DNA from: Clytia hemisphaerica
Taxonomy: Eukaryota
Assembly: GCF_902728285.1 (NCBI RefSeq)
Contig: NW_027103826.1
Coordinates: 180,759 to 244,758, forward strand
Length of the DNA stretch: 64,000 nucleotides
Reading direction: 5' to 3'
The translations under genes and the position numbers were made by a program. This document shows positions 47,225-59,614 of this stretch, piece by piece. Every line of letters begins with the position of its first letter. The first letter of the stretch is position 1. Below the pieces are notes generated by a model. It saw only the letters and a list, made by a program, of their open reading frames with translations. It had not been told where the DNA came from and did no database searches.

Positions 47225-47940
47225 TTGTAGCATAGTATAAGAAAGCCGCGGCTGGAATGAGTACAGCTGAATTTCTGTTGTTCTATCTATGTCGTAAGAA
47301 CGAATTTTTTTATTGTTCAGTGACAATTTCCATTGTCAATTTAATTTGACTTTTAACAAACTCCCTCGTTAGACGTAATTTTGCTCATAAACGCAAATCT
47401 CTTGATAATTCACGCATTCAAAACATCAAAGTAAAAGAAAAGACTCTTGGATTAAAAGTACTAGAACGTCAGAATATCAGTGCTTTAAGAACTTGAAGAA
47501 AATTGAGTGCCTCGAAATGCCTTCCTTATTATTCTGAAAAATTATTACTGGTATTAGTAAATAAATATTCAAGCTGCATTCTGTGAAAATTCCATTCGAA
47601 AAACAACAGTATTGAGGTGACAGCAAGCATTCAAAGTTTAACATTTGAAAATTAGTTCTTGTAATAAAATGTGTGTTACTTGGTCCTAAATTTATAAAAA
47701 ATTATTTGGAATTTATAAAAATATACTTCAAATAAGGTAATAAGAGAGGATAGTGAGAAAAATTTGAGACTTGAAAAGTAATTGTACTTCAATTGAATAT
47801 TATGAACACTTTAAAGGTTTTTGTTACCTTCGACTTAGTTCTTATAAACCACGGAGACACAGATAGAACATCCATTTACGACAAAAACAATAGCGTAATC
47901 ATTCCAGCCGCGGCTTTCTTATACTATGGTTGTAGATACC
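47225..47940. mobile_element. About 715-bp non-autonomous DNA-transposon-like element bounded by inverted copies of terminus ccatagtataagaaagccgcggctggaatga. The same terminus recurs at 24620-24660 and 40130-40185.
   Basis: Inverted termini at 47225-47290 and 47880-47940. About 470 bp of sequence upstream of the terminus at 24185-24660 is also found at 38760-39300 and 39960-40185. Confidence 0.55.
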
Positions 47941-50935
47941 ATTTTACTTTTTCATAGAGAACCTAAATGGGGGGGCTTGTAGCATTGAGTTTAAAGCCTG
48001 AAACCTTTCTCAGGCAAGAAAAAGTGCATTTTTGACGACAGATTGAATGTAGCAATTCCTTTGTTTACGATTGATATTTTTTTCGAAATTTAGCGGTAAA
48101 TTTTAGTTTCAATCTGGCATTTGTGTAAAAACCAGGCGAGCCGCTCAAGGCCGCGCAAGTTTGGTAGGATTCGTTGGCTTCAAATCCTACCAAAGATATT
48201 GACTTCTAGCCCTTCGGGCTTATATTTCATTGGTTTGTAGGGGTTCGAAATACCGTTTTTCCGTCAAAATTTTGGCTGAATCCCGTAATCCCGAAAATTG
48301 AAAAAAATGATAACACTGTCACACCAGTTTGTAGAGGTTAAAATACCGGCATAATAGCAAAAAAATAGGCTAAATACCTCAGCTGATTTTAAAAAATGAT
48401 TTTTCGAATGCCATTAAAAATTGAAAATGATTTATTGATGGCCCCTTCAGGAGTGCAATGTCAAGTTGAATACAATTAAAAACTCCAGACTCCAGCATCA
48501 AAACAACAATAAGAATGAATAAACTCATTTATAAATTATTCTTTTGTGTTTTGTTGTTGTGATGTTGGAGCTTCATCTACCCTGCCGATGCACCAGACTG
48601 TTGCTCATCTTCTGTTGGATGCTGAAAAAGAAAAGTATTATTAGCAAGCACCAGACTTTTTCCTTTTACCCAGCAACAGAGACCTTTTTTCAAAGAGGAC
48701 GTCCTGTTGAATAATTATGTAGTCCAGCCATAAAAACAATGATAGAGCCATGCATAATTACTGTATCATGCATATTGTAATAATTATGCATGGTTTTATC
48801 ATTGTTTTTCTGCTGGACTACATAATTATTCAAAAGGGTGGCCTCTTTGAAAAAAGGTCTATTCAAATCTGGTCCCTTGTCCAGCGAAACAAAGTTTTCT
48901 CGGTTGACACCAGCCATTTTGTGTCCAGTGCTTCAGCAAGGCTGCTGTGCTGGCAGGGTCGTAGCCTTATTTAACCTGGACATAGTGTCCTATGAAAACA
49001 AAGGTCTATTCAAGATAGACCTTTTGCTAGTCAGGATGTTGAATAATTTAAAAAGACCAGCCTCAAAACAATGATTAAGAAAAATAAATGCATAGTCAGA
49101 ATAATTATGTGCTATATGTGGTCATTGTTTTAGTGCTTTTTAATTATTCAACAGGACATCCGGACTAGCAATAGGTCTATTTAACATTCTCCCACTCGTT
49201 ACAATCAAAAACTTTTTCCAACAATGACCAATGGTGGATAAGATATACTGTAGATTGATTTCCACCTTCACATGTTATGGCCAGACGGTGTCAATCGAAT
49301 GAATCGAACGCCGAATCAATTGAATGCAATAGAATAATAATCGCAATCGAATATCACCAAGGATTTGCCGTTCTTAACTGATTATGTTCGATTACACTCG
49401 ATTGATTTAATTGTATTTGATTTTATTCACTATCGTACCGTACATACTTACGCGCTTGGTCGTCCACGCTAAAAAAGCTCTAAAGAAGTGATCCAATTTA
49501 ATTTAATCCCAATCAAACTTATAGAACATAATCGTAATCAAACATAATCGAAGGTAATTTACAATCAATCAAACCAATCAAACGTTTTACTCGAACGCAA
49601 TCGAACACCACGATCGAATATTACCAAAAATCAAAAAGTTTGTGGTCTATATAACCACAGAAAGCCCTATTTCCACCAAACAGCGCTTGAGGTACAGGTA
49701 CAGGTGAATCTTAAATTGAAAAAAGATAAATCATTTTGAAAATGACGTCATTTTCTACATTTATATATGCAAAACCATACAAATCTATTTCGGCAATCTA
49801 TGATTTGTATAAAAAATGGCTGCTTCCATATGAATGTGATCAACGACGAAAAGCTCTATTCATCTCACTATCAACACCTATGACTAATTGCTAAAAAATG
49901 TTATACCTGTGTTTTTGTATTGAAGGGTTCTGTTGTCAGTTGTTGTGGGGGTGTGGTCAAAAAGAAGCCAAAAACTCTACTGAGCACTGTAAAAGCTTAT
50001 TGGTGCATTCAATAACTACACAAACATAAAATACTAAATAGTAAACGAATGACAAACCTCTTTAAATACTCTACAAGTTACCAGAAAACATAATAAAAAT
50101 ATATACACAGCAGGAAAATCCGCAGGAAAAGTGTACAAAAAGTGTTGACTTCAAGCAGCCATTAAAAAGCTTTCACAAGGAATGTTTACAAACCCTTGGT
50201 TACATTCACCTTGTAGAACCATTAAAGAAACGCTGTTATTCTTCTTTGTTTTTTGTTTTTTTTTTTTTTTTCGTTCAAGCATTTTCGGAACGTAATATAC
50301 TAGAGAAATTAAATACAAGTCGGTATTGAAAAATTGTTGGGTTACAAATTGTAGATCTCGAGATAATTCCATTTATAGATCTTACAAATCCCATAAAAAG
50401 TGCTGAGTCAGCAAAAAAATGCACTTTTCAAAGAACTTCCAACTGAATTATCTCGAGATCTACAATTTGTAACCCAGCAAACCATACCATTTTCTTGAAG
50501 TACTCTTTCAGGGCTATCCAGCGAAAGTGTCAGAAATGCCAAAAAATTTGAAGGAAAAATGCTGACGTCAGCAGAAAAAGGGCTAAAATGGCCATTTTGA
50601 CGACTTTGGCGGGCCCTAGCTCCGCAACGGATGTTCAAAACCAAGCATTTGACCCCATTTTCTTGCTCAGCACTTCGAGCTCTATCAGATTAGCACAAAA
50701 GTTTGTTCATTTGAGCACTTTGAAAAATCGACTAGTAAAGGGGGGACCCTTGATTGAGCAAAAGACCCCGTTTTAGGTCAAATTTTAGGGTTTTATCACC
50801 TATTCAGCCTGAAAACCATCCCAAACCGTAATCTATAGGTACATAGGAAGCTAAAAAACCATGGTTCACAAAGTTCCGTTCAAGGTGGGTTTTTGGCCAT
50901 TTTTTCCTGGACTATAAGAAAGGAAAAATAAAAAC

Positions 50936-51280
50936 TTAAACTTCATCTTGAGGGAGTCGTACTCTACCTCTCGATCCACGGATGCATCTCACTGTAGATC
51001 TAACGAGCGAGAAGCATATGATAGTTCTAATGCTGTTAGTAACTTTTGAGAAAGTTTCATGTCTTTTGTCTGCTATCATTTCAGCTAGACGCTTGTAAAA
51101 TAACGTACATTCACGTCCCATCGCACCATTTGCCGCAAAAACCAGCGGAGAAAAAGTCCCATTTTCGGCTTGCAAAATACGTTCACCATATTGTCTCTTC
51201 TTTTCGCGTTCATTGGATGATAAGCAGTTCTCAATTTTTGAATTGGTGTACCTTCGAGCAAACGGGTTGAAAACCCTCAC
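50936..51280 (-). pseudogene. Frameshifted continuation of the LINE ORF, carrying the REL-endonuclease-like C-terminal part.
   Basis: It lies immediately downstream of the ORF2 stop, in a different frame, and has conserved-looking sequence (…ILQAENGTFSPLVF…YKRLAEMIADKRHE…). Confidence 0.55.
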
Positions 51281-51324
51281 ATCAAAAAATGCTCTTTGGC
51301 CAGCAGTCCAAAAACTGAGAGCGC

Positions 51325-53913
51325 TTATATCCAGTCTCGCCTCGCGTGAGACAATGAATGTCTTGGTAGATCTTCGTTATTAAGTTCGTTTAATAGGGGT
51401 TCAGTTCTTACATCTACGCACACTTCTCTTAGCAATTTGGACGTAATGTCTCTAATTTCATTGTGTCTCAAAGACACGAATCCTCCCTTCTTGCACGAGA
51501 GCGCGTGTGCTAGATCGAACGATGATCCGCACGCGCAAGTTGATGGTAGTCGGTCGAGAGGCCAGTTGTATCGAATTCTGATGGCATCCCAAAACTCTTG
51601 CTTGGTCAGCTCGAAACCTTGTTCATTCAAAGGGATGGATGTCAGCCAATTTGAAACACCTTTTTGATTGAGCGTCTCCATCGTTCGTTTGGTGTTGATG
51701 TCGGCTGTCTCCAAGAAAGCTCGTAGCTTTTCCTGGTGACGTTGATGCCGTTCGTTGTGAAGACGAGACTTGGATTTCGCTTCGGGTGCACCATCATTTG
51801 TTTGAAGGATTTGATTCTGCAGTGCCACGGTTGCACTCATCGAGTCTCTGTGATCGTGGCTCGATTCTTCGGCGTAGATTTTCAGTCCCATTCCGCCGAG
51901 ACGTGGAGGTAAGGAAAGCATTATTCTTTCCTGGTCGTTGATGATGCGTCCACCAGTTAGTGATGGAATCAGTCGGTGCCGCACAGCTTCGTCGACTCTT
52001 TTCAGCTCGTCATTGATCGTTGGGATGGTGCGTAGGAAGTACGTCAGCTTATGTTGGTAGCTGCTGACGTAGACTGAGTAGGCTGCTTGTGGATAAGTTG
52101 CTGCGATTTCAGCAAGAAGATTAATCTCCTGGGTCCAATCGTCGATCTTTTGGTTGATGTACTGACTTTTGTTTTCATCCGTACCAATCACCGCCCCGAG
52201 GTGCCGTTCGCCATCGGATGTTATTTTGATATCGGTACCAGCAAACTTTTCCTGTGCTTGTTCGAGTTGGTCGGGTTTAACAATCAGCCAAGATTTTGTT
52301 GGTTGTGGATAATAACCGTAGGATGGACCGATCTCGAGGAGATGATCCCACCATTTCTTCAATGCGTCCAAGGACCCAGCTGCTGTGATATCGTCGGCGA
52401 AGGCGACCATTCGGTTGTGGTTGTTGCCTATACCAATGAGGAGGATGTTAAGCATCGGTCTAACACCCAGAGCGTAGATAGCCATACCGAGTGGATCTCC
52501 TTGAGTGGTTCCTTCTTGGGATTTGATTTCTAGACCTCCAACGACGAAAAGTCTAGCTGGGCTGGAGTAGCAGTTCGTAACATATGTTGCGATTTCGGGA
52601 CAGATATACTTGATATTGTGGATCAGGGCTTCTCGATTGATGTTGTTGAAGGCGTTGGCTGCGTCGACAAGGATGACAGCGTCTGTTCTTTCGTTGGTAT
52701 ACATCCGTCTCATGGCGTGGATTGCACCCTCGCTCCCAGAACTTCGTCCGCACATTTGCGCGTCAGATGAACCACGTACAACGTCTTCAGAGAATGCGGC
52801 CATCACAACTTTCCCCATGATTCGTCGGAGGACTTCTCCAACACCTATCGGTCTAAGTCCAGGGTTCTTGTTGAGAGGTACAAGACGTGAAGCAAAAAGT
52901 GGTGCTAACGTTGAATCCTTCACATCGATGGAGCATATATTTCTGATGAGCGCTGCAACTGATTTTCGGAGGTCTGTACCCGTGTCTCCGTAGTCTCTTG
53001 ATACGAGGATTCGTCTCCATCCGTCCGCATCCAAGCCCGAGGGTCCGGAACCACCACGAGTGATCTTTGCAGCTTCGTACACCATCTTGTCGTCAATGAC
53101 GTCAAATATTACATTTTCGACGGTTTGAAGTGGACCTTGCAATTTGACGTCTTCTTCAGCTTTACGTCCTTCTGGATGTTTGACTTTTAGTAGATCTTTC
53201 GTTTGATCATTCAGTGGTAGGATTCCCCCTTCCATATTGTTCGACAGAAGCTTGATAGCTGAGTTCAAGTTTCCTTTTGATACGTGCTCGCGAAAATTTC
53301 GAGAAATGACGTTGATGTTTTTCTTTCTATCAACTTTTGGTAGTCTCTTTTGAAGGGTGTCTGCTTCTCGAAACAACTGGTCAAATTCTCCTTGCTGCCA
53401 GAGTTTGAGCCTTCGATTTAGTGCATCGACATGATGCTTACTCTTGGAGTTCTTGGCCGGTTTTTGCAATAGAAGCGCTGGCATGATATGTACTGCGTAC
53501 ATCGCACATTCTTTAATCGGGCTGTCGGCTAACCATTCGTTGATCAATCGGGTAGTTTCTTTGATGTAGTCTTTCCCGGTCGAACCTTTCGGCAGCATAA
53601 AGATGTTCTTCCTCCAGTACACTATCTTTTCATAGCATTGTTTCAGTTCGTGAGTTGCTTGATCGCCGTTGAGTTGGCCCCACATGAAATGATGTTGTAC
53701 CATGGGTTCTTGAGGTGGAGGATCCGGTGGTCTGGGTGGTGGTGGAACTGGAAGTGGTTGAACGGGTCCATTGCAAAATGGAAGATGTTGTAAGACGCCG
53801 CGTTGTGAACGAAATCTTTGCTGTCCACACCTTTCGCACGCCACTAAATTGTTCACGTTTGTTCGATTGATTCGGTTTTCAGCATTTTCGGTCGGATCAG
53901 CTTCGTTTGGCAT
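51325..53913 (-). CDS. Reverse transcriptase ORF of the RLE-type LINE (zinc finger, RT, CCHC).
   Basis: RT motifs PLNKNPGLRPIGVGEVLRRIMGK, ILVDAANAFNNINRE, AFADDITAAGS and GLKIYAEESSHDHRDS-like region. The domain order matches R2/NeSL/HERO-type elements. Confidence 0.75.
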   Translation of the reverse strand: MPNEADPTENAENRINRTNVNNLVACERCGQQRFRSQRGVLQHLPFCNGPVQPLPVPPPPRPPDPPPQEPMVQHHFMWGQLNGDQATHELKQCYEKIVYWRKNIFMLPKGSTGKDYIKETTRLINEWLADSPIKECAMYAVHIMPALLLQKPAKNSKSKHHVDALNRRLKLWQQGEFDQLFREADTLQKRLPKVDRKKNINVISRNFREHVSKGNLNSAIKLLSNNMEGGILPLNDQTKDLLKVKHPEGRKAEEDVKLQGPLQTVENVIFDVIDDKMVYEAAKITRGGSGPSGLDADGWRRILVSRDYGDTGTDLRKSVAALIRNICSIDVKDSTLAPLFASRLVPLNKNPGLRPIGVGEVLRRIMGKVVMAAFSEDVVRGSSDAQMCGRSSGSEGAIHAMRRMYTNERTDAVILVDAANAFNNINREALIHNIKYICPEIATYVTNCYSSPARLFVVGGLEIKSQEGTTQGDPLGMAIYALGVRPMLNILLIGIGNNHNRMVAFADDITAAGSLDALKKWWDHLLEIGPSYGYYPQPTKSWLIVKPDQLEQAQEKFAGTDIKITSDGERHLGAVIGTDENKSQYINQKIDDWTQEINLLAEIAATYPQAAYSVYVSSYQHKLTYFLRTIPTINDELKRVDEAVRHRLIPSLTGGRIINDQERIMLSLPPRLGGMGLKIYAEESSHDHRDSMSATVALQNQILQTNDGAPEAKSKSRLHNERHQRHQEKLRAFLETADINTKRTMETLNQKGVSNWLTSIPLNEQGFELTKQEFWDAIRIRYNWPLDRLPSTCACGSSFDLAHALSCKKGGFVSLRHNEIRDITSKLLREVCVDVRTEPLLNELNNEDLPRHSLSHARRDWI

Positions 53914-54894
53914 TTTGATACATTAAAACCGGCTGCGAAAGAATCTTTACAGAAGACAATCACCTTTTGTTGCAAATTTGGTCTGCTTTTTGTATCTGTT
54001 TATCTTCTTTTTTGCTCGGTTTTCTTCAATATTACCGGAGCGCTAAACTTAACGACCGTCCGCCATCTTTTCTTAACGATTAGATTATTCATCTTTGTGC
54101 GTGAGTCCATCTTTAGAATATTCTAGAATGTTCTAGAAGAACATGTGAAGCACTATGAACACGAAGAACGAGTGCTGAGTGTTGATTTTTAGCACTACGA
54201 CCGCAGAAAACCGATTGTAATACTTTCGCTATGCGAAATTAATAAGTGAGCCTAACCTACAAAAGAAATCAAATTCAAAACACAATAAGAATAAACGAGT
54301 CCCAACACCAATAACAATCACTATTAAGTGAGCCTAAATTAACAAAGAAAATACACACTTAGCACCCATCCCATAACCCACAAAATTAAAACTGAAAATA
54401 CCCAACTCATCCCCAACCCCCAACATATCAAAACCGAAAAACCATGAGGAAAATTTCTTTCCGCAACCTGACAAGATTGAACACAGACATGGCAAACATG
54501 AACCTTGATATTGGATTTATCGGTAAGAGAGACATCTACACGTTTTTTTTTTAATAAGAACAAACTATATAAGAACATAAGGCTTCGAGGCCCAAAAATT
54601 TAAGAACATTCTAAGAACATTCTAAGGCTTTGGAGACTTAAAAACCTGCATTTTCTTAAGAAATTACATCAAAATGCTCAAAAAATGCTGAAAATAAGAA
54701 CATTTTAAGAACATTTTTAGGCTTCAAATCCAAAAAACTAAGAACATCCGAAGGCTTCGAAAATTTTTGACGTTCTTATAAAAAAAAAAACGTGTACACA
54801 TTTCTAATGATATATCTAATAAGATTGCCACCAAAACGAGTTATATACCATTGATATCTTAATGTACCAATTGGATAGTGGTTGAGGCACGGAG

Positions 54895-55155
54895 AATAGA
54901 CAAAAGCACGTCTATTCTACAGGGTGTCCCTAATAAAAGTATCGAGTTTGAACATGCGATTGAGTAGAAAGTTTTAAGTGTGTATTCACAAAATTGTATT
55001 TTAAGCTCTCCCTCTTTTTTCTTTGTCATTACGATTAATTTAACTACCTTTTGTAATAAGCCTGTGTGATGGAGAACGTTCTTATATTTTAGCTATAACA
55101 CACACAAACTTTTCTACTCAATCGCATGTTCAAACTCGATACTTTAATTAGGGAC
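54895..55155. mobile_element. MITE with ~50-bp terminal inverted repeats (acagggtgtccctaataaaagtatcgagtttgaacatgcgattgagtagaaa).
   Basis: Near-perfect long inverted repeat visible by direct reading. Confidence 0.65.
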
Positions 55156-55379
55156 ACCCTGTACAGTAACACAATCCAAAGTACAACACTCGTTAAAACA
55201 CTAATTACATATAAATCACGATTTAGACTTTTCAACAAGCTACACACCTTTTCAAAATAATACCTTTCTGTGGATCTCAACTAAGACCTACAGAGAATTT
55301 TTTAGGAAGTACTCTACCTAAGGTACTAGCCTTTGCAGGACCTTAACCCTAAGAATCATAAATTTTTTTGCCTGATCTT

Positions 55380-55800
55380 TAAAATCTAACTTTCAAGTCG
55401 TGTGACCAAGTAAGGATACATCTTTTTGACTTATCTGCAAAATCTAACTTTCAAGTCATGTGACCATGTAATGAAAATTTATTTGACTAATATGTAAAAT
55501 CTAACTTTTAAATCACGTGACCCAGCGTGACCATGTAGTGGGAATATAAATGTTTGCAAAATTTTTAAAGAACTCTTACGCAATGCATCATGACCAAGTA
55601 AGGATAAATATTTTTGCCTGATCTGCAAAATCTAATTTTCAAGTCATGTGACCATGTAATAAAATTTTTTGAATTAATCTGCAAAGTCTAACTTTTAAAT
55701 CACGTGACAGTGTCGTGGGAATATAAATTTTTGCGAAATTTTTGAAGAACGCTCCTACAATTCCCCGTGACCAAGTAAGGATAATTTTTTTGACCACACA
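55380..55800. repeat. Tandem repeat with about 60-bp units and about 185-bp higher-order units (…ctgcaaaatctaactttcaagtcatgtgaccatgtaa…). Each unit contains CACGTGAC or CATGTGAC.
   Basis: Seen by direct reading. It lies about 3.7 kb upstream of the GPCR start codon. Confidence 0.7.
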
Positions 55801-56384
55801 TCAACATTGCACTTTAGAATTTCAATCACGGTTTTTCATCGTGCACTCACTCAACTTCTTAGCTCGCATAATAGCATATGTTACGTCATGTTTAAATGAT
55901 TAACAATGATCTAGTAGAAACCATGTATATTTAGCTGTTTAATTTTTAAGCATAAATTATGACGTAGAAAAGAAAATAACAATAGGAGACGAAGTAAGGA
56001 TATGTGACGAAGTAGTGCTATGCACACCCTTTCACTGCTATGTATACCTGATCGGTCCAAAGTCAAAACTTACAATTTTTTAAGAGAAATAATTTGAAAC
56101 AGTCTGAACGGCAACTTTGCAAAAAGGTCAATTTTCAGCAAAGTATTGAATTCACTTTCATTCTGAAAAATGTTGCCAAATGGCTTTTTCAAATGCACGT
56201 TCTTTTGAGTTTCTTAGACTTGGTTCCTCCGAGCTGGGTATGCCCTAATGTGGGGTATTTATAGCTATGGCTAATTGCTAGAGTCTTACAAAATCTTTAT
56301 ACCCCAATAGAAAGATCATCTTTCAAAAAACTTTAGAAACCTGTTTGAAGATGAACTTCTCCAGCATCTTTCGAAAATGACACC

Positions 56385-56645
56385 CCTGTATTACAGCCCC
56401 GGTGAAACTTTTTACCTCAGTGAGGATAAAAATTCCTATTGAAATCCTAATGGGGATAGAAATTCTATTGTTCCAAGGTTAAAAAATCCAGTGAGGATGG
56501 TTTTGGAGTGCAATTTTTAAACATTTAATTTCAAGTGGGGATGAAATATAAGTCAATTTCCCAGTGGGGCTACAATTCTAGGGTATTTTACTATCGGGGA
56601 CGGAATCTTTGCCAGATTTTCCAGTGTGACTGGGGGGTCCCAGCG
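56385..56645. mobile_element. MITE with terminal inverted repeats (cacccctgt(a/c)t(t/c)acagcccc … ctgt(a/g)acacaggggtg). A second copy lies at 57338-57605. A related internal fragment lies at 20780-20900.
   Basis: Shared internal motifs cacagtggggatgaaa and aatgg(g/c)(g/a)atagaaatt, and inverted termini in both copies. Confidence 0.5.
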
Positions 56646-59496
56646 GGTCTGTAACACAGGGGTGTAAAATGAGAAGATGTGATTTCACCCAGCCCAGTGC
56701 AAACCTAAGAGGACGAATGCACTAAATTTTTCATGATGGATAATCTCGGATGTTTTGAAGAAAAAAGAACTAGCAGGAAGGCATCTGGTGGGCATTGAAA
56801 GAAAAATCAATAATTCAATAAATCAAATAATTCAAATTGATGTTTTAAATAAGCCACATGTTCAAGTTTACTGAGCTGTTTTTGATAATTTGTTGGTTTT
56901 TAATCTTCGAGTAAGCAACTTTAATAAATATTGAAAGGTACATATTGACTATGGTATGCCATGGTGTTTTTCATTTTCAAAATGTAAATAAATAATACAA
57001 CAAAGATATTTTTTTGATATTTTCATTGCATCAGGAATGGTTTATTTCGGGGTTATTTCATAACTAGTAAGGTATCTGAACGATATAGCGCCGCCTGCTC
57101 AAGGTGTTTTAACTGAAATCAGTTATCAAATTTAAAGCTTTAGAAACTTCTTTTTTATTTAAGGTTAATATATATTGATTTCCCAAGCAGTATCAATACG
57201 AAACTTTTAGAGAGATTGAATTAATTTTCTGAAACATCTTGAAATACCTGCTAAATGTAATTTTAATTGGAGTATATAAATGCCTTAACTCTTATATGTG
57301 AAGATATTTTCTTTTCCATAGCAAGGTGGCACGTTCATTATTACACCCCTGTCTCACAGCCCTGGTGGAACTTCTTTTCACAGTGGGGATGAAAATTTAA
57401 AATGAAATCTCAATGTAGATAGAATTTCTATAGTTCATAACTCGAAAAACTCAATGGGTTTGGTATCAGAATGCAATTTATTTTCTTTGAATTTCGAATA
57501 GGAATGAAAAGAAAATCAATTTTCTAGTTTTGTTGGCATTGTAGGGTATTTTTCCCCAACGGGGATCAGCCTTTAGCCTCAGGGGTGACACAGGGATGTG
57601 TTTATTAAGTACGAATTAAACACCCTCTACAGGATATAAAAATGATTTTGAATTACAGTATTATAAATCTTTTCTTTGGGGGAAAAAGGGGAACAGAAGC
57701 CGACGAATCATAAAAATAGACCTCAATTTCTTTATTTTCTTTGTAATGCAATACTAAGGAATATGCAAATTTGTGCTAAGAATCATCTCAAGGCCTCTGG
57801 AGGGAACCAAATCTTTATAGGTCAAATTACTACCCCAGTTTTTATTTTCGAGATTTCAAGATTTGAAAACAATATTTTATATTTATATCCCTTATGGATT
57901 TTATTTCATCCCACTTGCTAAAAATATTTAAAGAGTCGTCAAGAAAGATGCCCTTTTAGATGGAAGGAAAAAAAACTGCAAAGGAGAGCATGATCTCCAC
58001 CTAGGACGTTTTCAAGCAAGCCTATCCAAATTTACCAATACTTAAAAAATCTCCATGGAAACAATCGCATCTTATTTGTTTTGTATTCGAATACCTGGCA
58101 ATAAGGTTTATTTTTTGCTGAAGAACTACTGAAATTAAGATTTAGTTTTTAAGGCTCCGTTACTTGGTCAGGAGGTTGTCTTAAAAAATCTGAAAAATTG
58201 TGAAAATTCATAACTTTTCGAGAAAAAGGTAGGCTAATTTATTTATTTATATATGCCTGTAATTTTTACCTAGCTCGCAGAAAACGTTGCCACTGTTTAT
58301 CTAATGTTCAAGGTCTTTAGACGAATGCTAAAACAACGTTGTGATGGTGTTGAAGTTTGGCGAAGATTAGGGCGGAATTTCGGGAATTAGGTCCACTTTC
58401 GGAGACAAAACATCAAACTTCTCATTTCGAAAAGAAAAACAGAATTTTAGCTAATTTTCAGAATTTCAGAATTCACGAAAAATAAAATTCCGGAAGTTTT
58501 GACAAAGCCCAGGCCTTGAATTTTAAAGACTTTTCAGTGATGGGATTTAGGTTTTCGTTTAACCCTTTAAGTGCCAATGTCGAGTTTATTGGACATGCCC
58601 AGTTTGAGTTAGAAATCATCATTTTTGGTCTAACTCGTAGGAATTGGATTGGGCTTCATGGTCAAGCAAAAAAAAGAAAAATCAGAAGTGAGTCATTCCA
58701 GCGAGAAAGCAGTCAAAAAAATACAAAAATTTAACAAAAATCCACTTTTTAAAGATTTTGACCGTTTTTTACCATTTTACGTCAAAGACTGATCTAAAAA
58801 CTTCCAAATTTGGCCCTGCTTTACTTGATTCTGTCCTCTAGTGAATTAATTTGTAGTTTTACTACTGGGAACCTTTCCATCATTCAGGCAGGTTTTCTTT
58901 AAAAACTTAGAAAAAAGGACCGTGGCACTTACTCTTGTCTCCCGAAGAAACTTTAACAAATGAACACGTAAAATAAGAACCAATACTAACCAATACTAAC
59001 AAAAAGAAAAATTTTAACAAGTTTAAGGTCTATATACACTGTAATATTGAATTATTCGAATGTAATTAACAATTAGCGAGGGGACGTCTATTCGGGAGAC
59101 AAAAGTAGATTTTTAAAGTGTTTTTATTTTCAAATGTACAAAAAAATCCTTCATTGACCGAAAAACAATTGAAATTTTCTTGGACCAATTTTTTCACTTC
59201 TTTAAAGGGCTCGACAGTGAACGTGAGAACTCTGTCTGAGGTTGGGACGAGATCGAGTTTTTACAATCTTATATTTGATCATTTGATTTGGTTGGTCGTT
59301 AACCAGTAATAAAACAGTTTTGTTACTTTAAAAAAAAATGACCAATTATTAAATCATCTTACAAAAACTCTCATCTGCTGAGGTTTGCCAATGAATATTG
59401 TACAGTATAAATCAATCCATCATTATTTCCAGTACTACTTGAACGTTGTCAAGATATTTGTATTCAAATTTTCTTAGAAATCATCAGGAAGTCACT

Positions 59497-59614
59497 ATGG
59501 CAAAACATTTACTTCCACTGCTCGTTCTTCTGTTCCTGGAAGCGATGCTATGTAACGGTGGAGATGTTTTTGGAAATGAAATTGACCAAAGTCTAAAGAA
59601 AAGAGTTATCCGAG
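59497..59614 (+). CDS. Class C GPCR (mGluR-like) exon 1 encoding signal peptide MAKHLLPLLVLLFLEAMLCNGGDVFGNEIDQSLKKRVIRG.
   Basis: An ATG is followed by a hydrophobic signal sequence and ends at donor GTAAAT. The phase-1 end matches exon 2. Confidence 0.7.

Larger units (their letters stand above)
50890..54250 (-). mobile_element. R2-superfamily (RLE-type) non-LTR retrotransposon. Domains are an N-terminal zinc finger, RT, C-terminal CCHC and REL-endonuclease-like region. The copy is frameshifted and the boundaries are approximate.
   Basis: ORF 51325..53913 (862 aa) carries CERCGQQRFRSQRGVLQHLPFC, the RT FADD motif (AFADDITAAGS) and CACGSSFDLAHALSCKKGG…RHNEIRD. ORF 50936..51280 continues the C-terminal domain (…ENGTFSPLVFAANGAMGRE…) in another frame. 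No APE endonuclease is present. Confidence 0.75.
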
